Source: Sodaliphilus sp.
GTDB taxonomy: Bacteria > Bacteroidota > Bacteroidia > Bacteroidales > Muribaculaceae
DNA length: 64,000 bases
Assembly: GCA_045114065.1 (NCBI GenBank)
Contig: JBGUJU010000099.1
Location: 9,579-73,578 of the forward strand
Reading direction: 5' to 3'
Under the pieces are notes generated by a model, which saw only the letters and a list, made by a program, of their open reading frames with translations, had not been told where the DNA came from and searched no databases. Positions 9,344 to 17,794 of this stretch are shown here, piece by piece. How positions within the stretch are numbered: position 1 is the first letter of the stretch; each line of letters begins with the position of its first letter. The translations under genes were made by a program, and so were the position numbers.

Positions 9344-10383
9344 TGAGTGACAAGAACATATTACCGGCTACCGGAACCCAGCGCATCGGTTATATCGATG
9401 CGCTGCGGGGTTTTACTATGTTCCTGGTCGTGTTTATGCACGTGGGGACGGTGTGCTGGGGCATCGTCGGTAAGGGCATCTCCTTCCATGACTATCTGGG
9501 ACAGGTGAGGATGCCCATGTTCTTCTTCATCAGCGGCTTTGTTCTCTATAAGCCCGACGTGGTGTGGAACCTGAGCCACATTGTGCGTTTCTTCAAACGC
9601 AAGATTCCCGTCCAGTTGCTTGGACCCTTCATCTTTTTCGCCGTCTGCCTGCACGTCAACGACATCTCATTGTATACAGGCTTGCTGGAGAAGCACAAGT
9701 ATGGCTACTGGTTCACACTGGTGTTGCTGGAGTTCTTTGTAATCTATGCCGCCGTCAGGTTCTGTATCCGCAACCGGTGGTACAAGGCGGTGCTCATCGC
9801 CATCGGACTGGTGCTCTACTACTTTTGCTGGTCATCGATGACATCAGGCAACCAGACCATCGACAACCTGTTCGGCCTGCTCTCGGTCCACAAGTGGAGG
9901 TATTTCATCTTCCTGGTATTCGGAGCCTTTGCACACGAGCACTTTGACATGGTGCAACGGTGGCTGGACGGCAAGTGGGTACTCCCGGTGTGCATCGCGT
10001 TTTACCTGCTGGTCAACGCCTTTGGCGACGTGTTGCCCGTCAATGAAATCCCCATGCGCTTCCTGCTATCCACGACAGGTGTGGTCGTGTTGTTTGCTTT
10101 CTTCCGCAAGAAGCAGGCGCTGTTCTCACGTGAGAAGGCCTTGGGACGCACGATGCAGTATGTCGGCCGCCGCACGCTTGACATTTATCTGATACACTAC
10201 TTCCTGCTTCCCCGAAACTTGAATTTCATCACGGTCTTCACCGACCATCCCATGCCCATCATCGAGACGGCTGTGTCGACGCTTATTGCCATCCTCATCA
10301 TGGCAGTCTGCCTGCTCATCGGCAATATCATCAGGCTCAGTCCGTGGCTCGCATTCTGGATTTTCGGCACTAAAACGAAGTAA
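9343..10383 (+). CDS. Membrane acyltransferase (acyltransferase-3 family)
   Basis: GYIDALRGFTMFLVVFMHV motif and ~10 predicted TM helices. Its start ATG overlaps the previous stop (TGATG). Confidence 0.8.
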   Translation: MSDKNILPATGTQRIGYIDALRGFTMFLVVFMHVGTVCWGIVGKGISFHDYLGQVRMPMFFFISGFVLYKPDVVWNLSHIVRFFKRKIPVQLLGPFIFFAVCLHVNDISLYTGLLEKHKYGYWFTLVLLEFFVIYAAVRFCIRNRWYKAVLIAIGLVLYYFCWSSMTSGNQTIDNLFGLLSVHKWRYFIFLVFGAFAHEHFDMVQRWLDGKWVLPVCIAFYLLVNAFGDVLPVNEIPMRFLLSTTGVVVLFAFFRKKQALFSREKALGRTMQYVGRRTLDIYLIHYFLLPRNLNFITVFTDHPMPIIETAVSTLIAILIMAVCLLIGNIIRLSPWLAFWIFGTKTK

Positions 10384-10453
10384 GTGTCCAGCGCATTAGG
10401 CCGTAGTCATCCCACTTACAACTCAAAACTCACGACTTAAAAACTTTTTTTAC

Positions 10454-10461
10454 TATCTTTG
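10454..10461 (+). promoter_or_regulatory. -7 box TAnnTTTG
   Basis: tatctttg ends 10 nt before the ATG at 10471. This supports the MKKVLVILVM start. Confidence 0.45.
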
Positions 10462-10470
10462 TCCGCTGAA

Positions 10471-12477
10471 ATGAAAAAGGTTCTGGTCATATTGGTGATG
10501 TTGCTGGTCGCCGCGACGATGGATGTCGCGGTAGCACAGTTCACACAGGAGAGCGCTTCCAACGCTCCCAAGGCCAAGAAGCAGCGCGTGGAGCCGTCGG
10601 TGGCATGGAGCGTAAGCGAGCCGTTGGGCCTGCACTACACCTCGACCATCGACACCATTCACCTGAACTATCACCGCACGATGGTGCCCTCGATGGTGAG
10701 CGATGCCTGGCTCACTACCGGCAACTATGGCGCACCGGGACAGAACGAGATTTTCTTTGAGCGGCCATCGACGAGCGACTTCTTCTTTGAGGACGCCATC
10801 GTGGCATGGCTGCACAACACGGGCACGATGCGTTTCTACAATACGCGCATCCCCATGACACTGCTCAGCCACTCGACGGGCGGCGACAAGTACAGCAACC
10901 TGGACCGCACCAAGTTGGAATTTTCGGGCAATGTGAACCGCAAGACCCAAGTGGGTGCCGGTATTGACTACATCTATAGCAAAGGTTCCTATGACATGCA
11001 GGCCGACAAGGACTTCACGTGGCGCCTATTCGGGTCGCACATGGGTGACCGCTACGAGATGCAGACTTTCTTTGACCACTACAACTACACCACCAAGGAG
11101 AGCGGCGGCATCACCGACGACCGCTACATCACCGATCCTGCCGAGGTGCAGGGCGGTGAGACCCGTGTGGACAACAAGAGCATCCCTACCCTGCTGCGTG
11201 CGACCCACAACCACATGGAGGGTAGTCAGCTATGGCTCAACCAGCGCTACAAGGTGGGGTTCTACCGTTATCGCCGCGACAGCATCACCGATACCATCAT
11301 CGACCGCACCTATGTGCCGGTGACGAGTTTCATCTGGACCCTGGATTTCAAGCACGCCAAGCACCAGTTCTTGAACAGTTCAAGCAGCGAGGACAAGGGA
11401 TACTTTGACCACACCTACCTGTCGCTAGATGGCACCGACGAGACGACGAGTTACTGGCGACTGCGCAACACCGTGGGTGTGTCGATGCTCGAGGGTTTCA
11501 ACAAGTATGCCAAGTTCGGTTTCTCGGTCTATGGCACCCACGAGGTGAGACGTTACACCCAAGTGACCGACAGTGTCACGGGCACAATCCTGCCCGAGGG
11601 GCTGGAAGTCGTGCCTGCCATAGTACCGCATCGCACGACCCAGAACTTGCTGTGGCTAGGAGGACAGTTGACCAAGCAACGTGGCTCGCTGCTGCGTTAC
11701 ACAGCCACGGCACAGTTCGGTGTGCTGGGCGAGGCCGCTGGCGAGGTGGACATCACGGGCGACGTGACCACACGCTTCAAGATGCTGGGCGACTCGGTGA
11801 GCATCAAGGGCTACGGCTACTTCAAGAACTTGGCGGTGCCCTATCTGCTGAATCACTTCGTCTCCAACCATTTCATCTGGGAGAACAACTTCTCCAAGAC
11901 CAAGCGCGTGCGCGTGGGTGGTGAGTTGGACATCCCCTTCTCGTGGACCAATGTCAACGTGGGCTACGAGACCCTGACCGACTACATCTATTGGGATATG
12001 GATGGTCTGCCTGCCCAGCATAGTGGAGCCATCCATGTGCTGAGCGCACGACTCCGACAGGGTCTGCACTTCAAGGCCTTCAACTGGGAAAACAGTGTGA
12101 CCTTGCAGACCAGTAGCAACGAGCAGGTACTGCCCTTGCCCAAGTTTGCCATCTACAGCAACCTGTATGCCACGTTCACCATTGCCCGCGTGCTGCATGT
12201 GCAGATGGGCGTGGACGGCAACTACTACACCAAGTACTATGCACCTGTCTACAACCCCGCGACGATGACCTTCCATAGCCAGCACGAGATGGAGTGCGGC
12301 AACTTCGCCATCATGAACCTGTATGCCAACTTCAAGATGAAGCAGGCACGCTTCTTCGTCGCCTGGACCCACTTCAACCAGAAACTCCACAGCGGCGACG
12401 CCTATTTCGCCATGCCCCACTACCCCCTCAACCCCGCCCGCCTGCAACTCGGCGTCAGCGTCAACTTCGTCAACTAA
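10471..12477 (+). CDS. Outer-membrane beta-barrel protein ('putative porin' family of Bacteroidetes)
   Basis: Signal peptide, alternating aromatic/hydrophilic beta-strand pattern, and a C-terminal strand ending ..LQLGVSVNFVN. Confidence 0.7.
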   Translation: MKKVLVILVMLLVAATMDVAVAQFTQESASNAPKAKKQRVEPSVAWSVSEPLGLHYTSTIDTIHLNYHRTMVPSMVSDAWLTTGNYGAPGQNEIFFERPSTSDFFFEDAIVAWLHNTGTMRFYNTRIPMTLLSHSTGGDKYSNLDRTKLEFSGNVNRKTQVGAGIDYIYSKGSYDMQADKDFTWRLFGSHMGDRYEMQTFFDHYNYTTKESGGITDDRYITDPAEVQGGETRVDNKSIPTLLRATHNHMEGSQLWLNQRYKVGFYRYRRDSITDTIIDRTYVPVTSFIWTLDFKHAKHQFLNSSSSEDKGYFDHTYLSLDGTDETTSYWRLRNTVGVSMLEGFNKYAKFGFSVYGTHEVRRYTQVTDSVTGTILPEGLEVVPAIVPHRTTQNLLWLGGQLTKQRGSLLRYTATAQFGVLGEAAGEVDITGDVTTRFKMLGDSVSIKGYGYFKNLAVPYLLNHFVSNHFIWENNFSKTKRVRVGGELDIPFSWTNVNVGYETLTDYIYWDMDGLPAQHSGAIHVLSARLRQGLHFKAFNWENSVTLQTSSNEQVLPLPKFAIYSNLYATFTIARVLHVQMGVDGNYYTKYYAPVYNPATMTFHSQHEMECGNFAIMNLYANFKMKQARFFVAWTHFNQKLHSGDAYFAMPHYPLNPARLQLGVSVNFVN

Positions 12478-12479
12478 GG
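12436..12479. repeat. Direct repeat copy 1 (functional 3' end plus stop of the porin gene)
   Basis: gcccgcctgca..cttcgtcaactaagg. A degenerate second copy lies at 13752-13794. Confidence 0.75.
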
Positions 12480-12499
12480 TCTCTTAAACATCCATTGGT

Positions 12500-13726
12500 A
12501 TGAGTGACATCAAGAACAATGCCGACGAATTACCTCGCATAGTGAAATCCCACGACATTCACATTGATACAGATTATGCCAAGTGGATTGCTGAGGTAAA
12601 GCACCGCTACCGTTCGGCACAAGTGAAAGCTGCTGTCCGGGTCAATGCCGAAAAACTGCTGTTCAACTGGCAGCTCGGCCGAGACTTAGTCCAAAAGAAA
12701 GCCGAGGAACGATGGGGAGCAGGAGTGGTCGAGCAGGTAAGTCTTGACCTGAAGCGGGAGTTCCCTAATGCCGGAGGATTTTCCACGTCCAACTTGTGGT
12801 TTATGAAACGCTGGTATTTGTTCTATACACAAGGGGATGCCCAAATTCTTCAACAAGTAGGCAAAGAATTACAACTTCTTGAAAATCAGCATAAAACAAA
12901 ACTCTACCAAGTTGGTAAAGAATTGGAAGGAGAAAAACTTTACCAAGATGGTAAAGAATTTCCATTACCTTTTGCCCTTGTGCCATGGAGACACCATATC
13001 GAGATCCTATACAGATGTAAATCCATCGATGAAGCATTGTTCTATATCGCCAAAACGATTGAGCAGGGATTGAGTCGCGATGCCCTCATCAATTGCATAA
13101 AAACGAATCTGTATGAGCATCAAGGGAAGATAGTCAACAACTTTGCCGACCACCTGCCTGATACGCAGAGCAAACTTGTTCAAGAAGTACTGAAAGAGAA
13201 CTACGATTTTGGATTTGCATCGGTCGAACATGAAGTTTACGATGAAGCTGAACTGGAGGAGGCTCTCTCGCAAAATATAACCGACTTACTATTGGAAATG
13301 GGGTCTGGATTTGCTTTCTTGGGCCGACAACAGCAATTGGTCGTTGGAGGGCGTACCCGCAAGATTGATCTCTTGTTCTACCACATCCGACTGCGCTGTT
13401 ACATTGTCTGCGAACTGAAAGCCAAGCCCTTTGAACCTGAGTATGCTGGAAAACTGAACTTCTATGTCAATGCAGTTGACGAATTGTTGAAGACCGAAGA
13501 AGAGAACCCGACTATAGGACTGCTTGTCTGTTCCGATATGAACAAGACTGAAGTTCAGTGGTCGTTCCGAGGTATCAGCACACCAATGGGAGTAGCAACA
13601 TACAACAATATTCAAATCAAAGACGCACTGCCCTCCCAAGAGCAACTAGCAGAACGCGTGCAGCTTCTCCAGAAAGAATTGCAAGAGACCAAACGGTTAA
13701 TGAATAAGGCCAAATCACACGAGTGA
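12500..13726 (+). CDS. YhcG-like PD-(D/E)xK nuclease (DUF1016 family)
   Basis: N-terminal YhcG-type helical region (LVPWRHHIEILYRCKSIDEALFYIAKTIEQGLSRDAL). C-terminal nuclease core (KIDLLFYHIRLRCYIVCELKAKPF, i.e. D..ELK). Contains a short internal LYQ(V/D)GKE(L/F) duplication. AT-richer than its flanks by eye. Confidence 0.85.
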   Translation: MSDIKNNADELPRIVKSHDIHIDTDYAKWIAEVKHRYRSAQVKAAVRVNAEKLLFNWQLGRDLVQKKAEERWGAGVVEQVSLDLKREFPNAGGFSTSNLWFMKRWYLFYTQGDAQILQQVGKELQLLENQHKTKLYQVGKELEGEKLYQDGKEFPLPFALVPWRHHIEILYRCKSIDEALFYIAKTIEQGLSRDALINCIKTNLYEHQGKIVNNFADHLPDTQSKLVQEVLKENYDFGFASVEHEVYDEAELEEALSQNITDLLLEMGSGFAFLGRQQQLVVGGRTRKIDLLFYHIRLRCYIVCELKAKPFEPEYAGKLNFYVNAVDELLKTEEENPTIGLLVCSDMNKTEVQWSFRGISTPMGVATYNNIQIKDALPSQEQLAERVQLLQKELQETKRLMNKAKSHE

Positions 13727-13751
13727 CAAACTCTAATATTGCCGATTCCCT

Positions 13752-13794
13752 GCCCGCCTGCAGGCCTGCGTTTCAGTCACTTCGTCAACTAAGG
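13752..13794. repeat. Direct repeat copy 2 (decayed relic of the porin gene 3' end)
   Basis: The first 11 and last 15 nt, including the taa stop context, are identical to 12436-12479. The middle ~17 nt is partly conserved. Confidence 0.7.
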
Positions 13795-14024
13795 CATCAC
13801 GCTAAGCCTCTAAGGTTTTATTTTTTAATGTAGGGACCAACGCAGAGACCTCACGCTAAGATCTAATAGGAAGATAATCAGCGCTATCACTATTGAATAC
13901 ATGAATGACCATGAATGGGCCATTCATCATTGTTATTCATAAACATTCATGGGCATTTATGGGTATTCGTGTCCTTCTGTTGATTTAATTGATATCGTTC
14001 TTTTAGTAGTTTGAAAAAAAAGTG

Positions 14025-14032
14025 TAATTTTG
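14025..14032 (+). promoter_or_regulatory. -7 box TAnnTTTG
   Basis: taattttg lies 56 nt upstream of the aminotransferase ATG. Confidence 0.45.
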
Positions 14033-14087
14033 TCGTCTGAATTAACAACTTCAATATCATTATCAACCAATATTAGAAATTTAGATT

Positions 14088-15281
14088 ATGCCTAAACTAT
14101 CAGATCGCAGCGTGAAGATGCCGGCATCGCCCATCCGCAAGCTTGCTCCGTTTGCCGCCGAAGCCAAGAAGCGCGGTATCAAAGTGTATCACCTGAACAT
14201 CGGTCAGCCCGACATCCACACCCCCGAAGAGGGTCTGGAAGCAATCAAGCACGTGGACCGCAAGGTGCTGGAGTATTCGCCCTCACAGGGCATTCCCAGC
14301 TACGTGGAGAAACTGGTGGGCTACTATAAGCGCTATGACATCAACCTGAATGTCGACGACATCATCGTGACCTGTGGTGGCAGCGAGGCCGTGCAGATGG
14401 CATTCATGGTGTGCCTGAACCCTGGTGACGAGGTCATCATCCCCGAGCCCGCCTACGCTAACTATATGGGCTTTGCCTGCGAGACCGGTGCTGTGGTTCG
14501 CACCATCACCACCCACATCGAGGACGGCTTTGCTCTGCCTCCCGTCGAGGAGTTTGAGAAGGTCATCAATGAGCGCACCCGTGCCATCATGATCTGCAAC
14601 CCCAACAACCCGACCGGTACGCTCTACAGCCGCGAGGAGCTGATGCGCCTGCGCGACCTGGTGAAGAAATACGACCTGTACCTGTTTGCCGACGAGGTTT
14701 ACCGCGAGTTCATCTACAGCGACGCTCCCTACACCAGCGCCATGCACCTCGAGGGTATCGAGAACAACGTGATCATGATCGACAGTGTGTCCAAGCGCTA
14801 CAGCGAGTGCGGTATCCGTATCGGTGCCTTCATCACCCGCAACAAGGAAGTGCGTGCCGCTGCCATGAAGTTGGCTCAGGCCCGTCTGAGTCCTCCTCTG
14901 ATCGGCCAGCTCATTGCCGAGGCTTCGCTCGACGCTCCCCAAGCCTATCACAAGGGCGTGTATGACGAGTATATTGCTCGCCGCAACTGCCTGGTCGAGG
15001 GCCTGAACAAGATTCCCGGAGTCTTCACCCCGATGCCCATGGGTGCCTTCTACACCGTTGCTAAGCTGCCGGTGAAGGACATCGACGACTTCTGCCGCTG
15101 GTGTCTTGAAGAGTTTAACTATGAGGGCGAGACCGTGATGATGGCTCCTGCCAGCGGTTTCTATGCTACCCCCGGCCTGGGCAAGGACGAGGTTCGCATG
15201 GCCTACGTGCTCAAGATCGACGACCTGAAGCGTGCCCTCGTGGTGCTCGAGAAAGCCCTCGAAGCCTACAACGCCCGCTAA
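14088..15281 (+). CDS. PLP-dependent class I/II aminotransferase (aspartate/aromatic type)
   Basis: PIRKL.., NIGQPD, NPNNPTG, and the PLP-lysine motif SVSKRYSECGIRIG. 397 aa. Confidence 0.9.
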   Translation: MPKLSDRSVKMPASPIRKLAPFAAEAKKRGIKVYHLNIGQPDIHTPEEGLEAIKHVDRKVLEYSPSQGIPSYVEKLVGYYKRYDINLNVDDIIVTCGGSEAVQMAFMVCLNPGDEVIIPEPAYANYMGFACETGAVVRTITTHIEDGFALPPVEEFEKVINERTRAIMICNPNNPTGTLYSREELMRLRDLVKKYDLYLFADEVYREFIYSDAPYTSAMHLEGIENNVIMIDSVSKRYSECGIRIGAFITRNKEVRAAAMKLAQARLSPPLIGQLIAEASLDAPQAYHKGVYDEYIARRNCLVEGLNKIPGVFTPMPMGAFYTVAKLPVKDIDDFCRWCLEEFNYEGETVMMAPASGFYATPGLGKDEVRMAYVLKIDDLKRALVVLEKALEAYNAR

Positions 15282-15282
15282 A
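15245..15282. repeat. Direct repeat copy 1, 38 bp (last 12 codons plus stop of the aminotransferase)
   Basis: gctcgagaaagccctcgaagcctacaacgcccgctaaa is identical to 16640-16677. Confidence 0.95.
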
Positions 15283-15311
15283 CCCTACCGGCCTCTATTT
15301 ACACAATATCA

Positions 15312-15350
15312 CTACTGCCGGGTCTCTTAAAACTAGAGACTCGGCAGTAG
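15312..15350 (+). terminator. Hairpin terminator
   Basis: Stems ctactgccgggtctct and agagactcggcagtag (one G-T pair), 7-nt loop, then ctttt. Confidence 0.7.
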
Positions 15351-15366
15351 CTTTTAAATAATGCGG

Positions 15367-15430
15367 ATTTTTTGGAGCACTACTTCAGATTTTTACTGAT
15401 TTTTTGAAGTACTACTTCAGATTTTCTGCT
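15367..15430. repeat. Tandem duplication, 2 x 32 bp
   Basis: attttttggagcactacttcagatttttactg / attttttgaagtactacttcagattttctgct. Confidence 0.85.
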
Positions 15431-15459
15431 TTTTCTTTGCTTATTTCCACTTCATATTT

Positions 15460-15467
15460 TACCTTTG
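15460..15467 (+). promoter_or_regulatory. -7 box TAnnTTTG
   Basis: tacctttg lies 21 nt upstream of the ATG at 15489. Confidence 0.5.
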
Positions 15468-15488
15468 CGGTTACAAAAATGAACTGCT

Positions 15489-16631
15489 ATGTTAGAAAGG
15501 ATATTAAAATTAGAAGAAGTCAAGGATGATAGTCTGTTCCTCTGGGGATCCAGACAGACAGGAAAAAGCACCTTGTTGAAAATGCTTTTCCCTGAGGCTC
15601 CCATATATGACTTGTTGAAGAGTGATGTGCGCATGGCACTGCAGATGCGTCCTGCTTTGCTGCGAGAGGAATGTGAGCTACTCGATGAAGGCGAATTAGT
15701 TATCATCGATGAGGTTCAGAAAGTGCCTGCATTGCTTGACGAGGTTCATTGGCTCATCGAGAACAAGGGTCTGAGATTCATCCTCAGTGGTTCCAGTGCA
15801 CGCAAATTGCGACGTAGCGGTGCCAACTTACTTGGAGGTAGAGCTTTGCGACAGACCTTGTTTCCTCTTGTGAGCGCCGAAATTCCAGACTTTGACCTCA
15901 ATCGAGCGTTGAATCATGGCATGCTACCTCATCACTATCTCATGGAGAATCCCACGATGCGGCTTCAAGCCTATATCGGCGATTATCTGCAACAGGAGAT
16001 TGTAGAGGAAGCCATTGTCAGAAAACTTGACTCCTTTACCCGTTTCCTGCAAGTGGCAGCCCTGAGCAACAGCGAGATTGTCAACTATACCAATATCGCT
16101 CAAGATTGCGGGATTTCTTCTAAGACGGTCAAGGAATATTTCACCATTCTCGAAGAAACAATGTTGGGTTTCTACCTGCCGTCATACACAAATGTCGTCA
16201 AGCGCAGGGTTATTCAGTCGCCCAAATTCTATTTCTTTGATGTGGCTATACCCAACCACCTGTTGCGGCGCGTTCCGTTGCAGCAAGGGACCGACATTTA
16301 CGGGCACGCACTTGAGCATCTGGTCATTCAGGAATTAAGAGCATATCTGTCCTATCGACATAACGACAAAACATTTTCTTATTGGCATACCCTGGATAAT
16401 AAATACGAAGTTGACGCAGTCATTGGCCAAGCCGAGGTGGGAATTGAAATAAAATCGTCCAGGAACGTATCATCTCGAGATACTAAAGGTTTGAAAGCTT
16501 TCGGTGAAGAGTACCCGGCTGCAAAACTATATCTACTCTCTCTGGAAGAACGCCCCCGCAAACTTAATAATGTTGAAGTGTGGCCTGTCGAACAGTTCCT
16601 AAAACGCCTCTGGGCCGAAAAAATCATCTAA
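15489..16631 (+). CDS. AAA+ ATPase with C-terminal DUF4143-type PD-(D/E)xK domain (COG1373-like)
   Basis: Walker A GSRQTGKSTLLK, Walker B LVIIDEVQ, and a C-terminal nuclease-like core YEVDAVIGQAEVGIEIKSS. Confidence 0.85.
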   Translation: MLERILKLEEVKDDSLFLWGSRQTGKSTLLKMLFPEAPIYDLLKSDVRMALQMRPALLREECELLDEGELVIIDEVQKVPALLDEVHWLIENKGLRFILSGSSARKLRRSGANLLGGRALRQTLFPLVSAEIPDFDLNRALNHGMLPHHYLMENPTMRLQAYIGDYLQQEIVEEAIVRKLDSFTRFLQVAALSNSEIVNYTNIAQDCGISSKTVKEYFTILEETMLGFYLPSYTNVVKRRVIQSPKFYFFDVAIPNHLLRRVPLQQGTDIYGHALEHLVIQELRAYLSYRHNDKTFSYWHTLDNKYEVDAVIGQAEVGIEIKSSRNVSSRDTKGLKAFGEEYPAAKLYLLSLEERPRKLNNVEVWPVEQFLKRLWAEKII

Positions 16632-16639
16632 CTGAAGCA

Positions 16640-16677
16640 GCTCGAGAAAGCCCTCGAAGCCTACAACGCCCGCTAAA
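16640..16677. repeat. Direct repeat copy 2, 38 bp (non-coding duplicate of the aminotransferase 3' end)
   Basis: Identical to 15245-15282. Starts 8 nt after the ATPase stop codon. Confidence 0.95.
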
Positions 16678-16695
16678 TGACACAAACCTATCATA

Positions 16696-16732
16696 AAACA
16701 GCCGCCGGTTCTTACACTGGCGGCTGTTTCTT
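16696..16732 (+). terminator. Hairpin terminator
   Basis: Stems aaacagccgcc and ggcggctgttt, 12-nt loop, then cttg. Confidence 0.65.
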
Positions 16733-16801
16733 GTCGACAAGAGTCTGGCAAGGTCTAAGATTGTCCGAAAAAAAGACCTTGCAGGAATGACAATATTTTA
16801 G

Positions 16802-16809
16802 TATCTTTG
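16802..16809 (+). promoter_or_regulatory. -7 box TAnnTTTG
   Basis: tatctttg lies 19 nt upstream of the ATG at 16829. Confidence 0.5.
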
Positions 16810-16828
16810 CATTCCAATAAACAAAACG

Positions 16829-17677
16829 ATGGCAATGAGAAGACAACAACAGCCCGCACAGCGGGGACAAATGATCCTGTATCTGGTGCTGCTCGCCCTG
16901 GTGGTGGCTTGCATGGTGGCTCTGAGCCTGTGTGACCGTCCCGCCGAGGGACCTGGTTCACGCCCCAGTGGCGGCGATACCCTGGATATTGCTATCGAGT
17001 ATTCGCCGGTGACCTATTACACCTATGACGACACGCTGGGCGGCTACAACTATGACCTGCTGCGGCTGATGTCCGAAAAGACCGGCTGCCCCATGAAGTT
17101 CCACCCGATGGTGACACTCGAGAAGGCCCTGTCGGGTCTTGAAGAAGGGCTCTATGACGTGGTCGTGGCTCAATTTCCCATGACAGCCCGCGACACGGCA
17201 AGATATGCATTCACCGACCCCATCTACATCGACCAGCAGGTGCTCGTGCAACGCCGCACTAACCATGCTATCCACTCGCAGCTAGAGTTGGCAGGTGACA
17301 CGGTCTGGGTGGTCAAGGGCTCCCCGATGGAAGGACGCATCGCCAGCCTGAGCCGCGAGATCGGCGACACCATCTATGTCCATGTGGATGACGTCTACGG
17401 TCCCGAGCAACTGATGATGATGGTATCAGCAGGCGAAATCCGCTATGCAGTCGTCAACCGTTCCATCGCACGAGCCATGGCAACACGTCTGCCCAATTTG
17501 GACCGTTCGGTAGCCATCAGCTTGTCCCAATTCCAATCCTGGATGGTGGACAAGAACCGTAAAAGTCTGTGTGACAGCCTCAACCAGTGGCACGCACAGG
17601 TGAAACGCGACACGACCACCTATCTGGGTCTGCAACGTCGCTACTTCGGTGGCACCTTCCCCACATTGGCGCGATAG
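16829..17677 (+). CDS. Membrane-anchored solute-binding-protein family 3 domain protein (MltF N-domain-like)
   Basis: N-terminal TM helix, then an SBP_bac_3-like region (DTLDIAIEYSPVTYYTY..GYNYDLLRLMSEKTGCPMKFHP..YDVVVAQFPMTARD..FTDPIY). Confidence 0.7.
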   Translation: MAMRRQQQPAQRGQMILYLVLLALVVACMVALSLCDRPAEGPGSRPSGGDTLDIAIEYSPVTYYTYDDTLGGYNYDLLRLMSEKTGCPMKFHPMVTLEKALSGLEEGLYDVVVAQFPMTARDTARYAFTDPIYIDQQVLVQRRTNHAIHSQLELAGDTVWVVKGSPMEGRIASLSREIGDTIYVHVDDVYGPEQLMMMVSAGEIRYAVVNRSIARAMATRLPNLDRSVAISLSQFQSWMVDKNRKSLCDSLNQWHAQVKRDTTTYLGLQRRYFGGTFPTLAR

Positions 17678-17794
17678 TATCCATTTATTGGCGGCACCTC
17701 AGCCATTGATGCAAGCATCATGGCGTTCGGTTGGCACGATAATTGCAATATTGATGTACATTTTACCCGTTTCACACATAACATATCAGCCATT

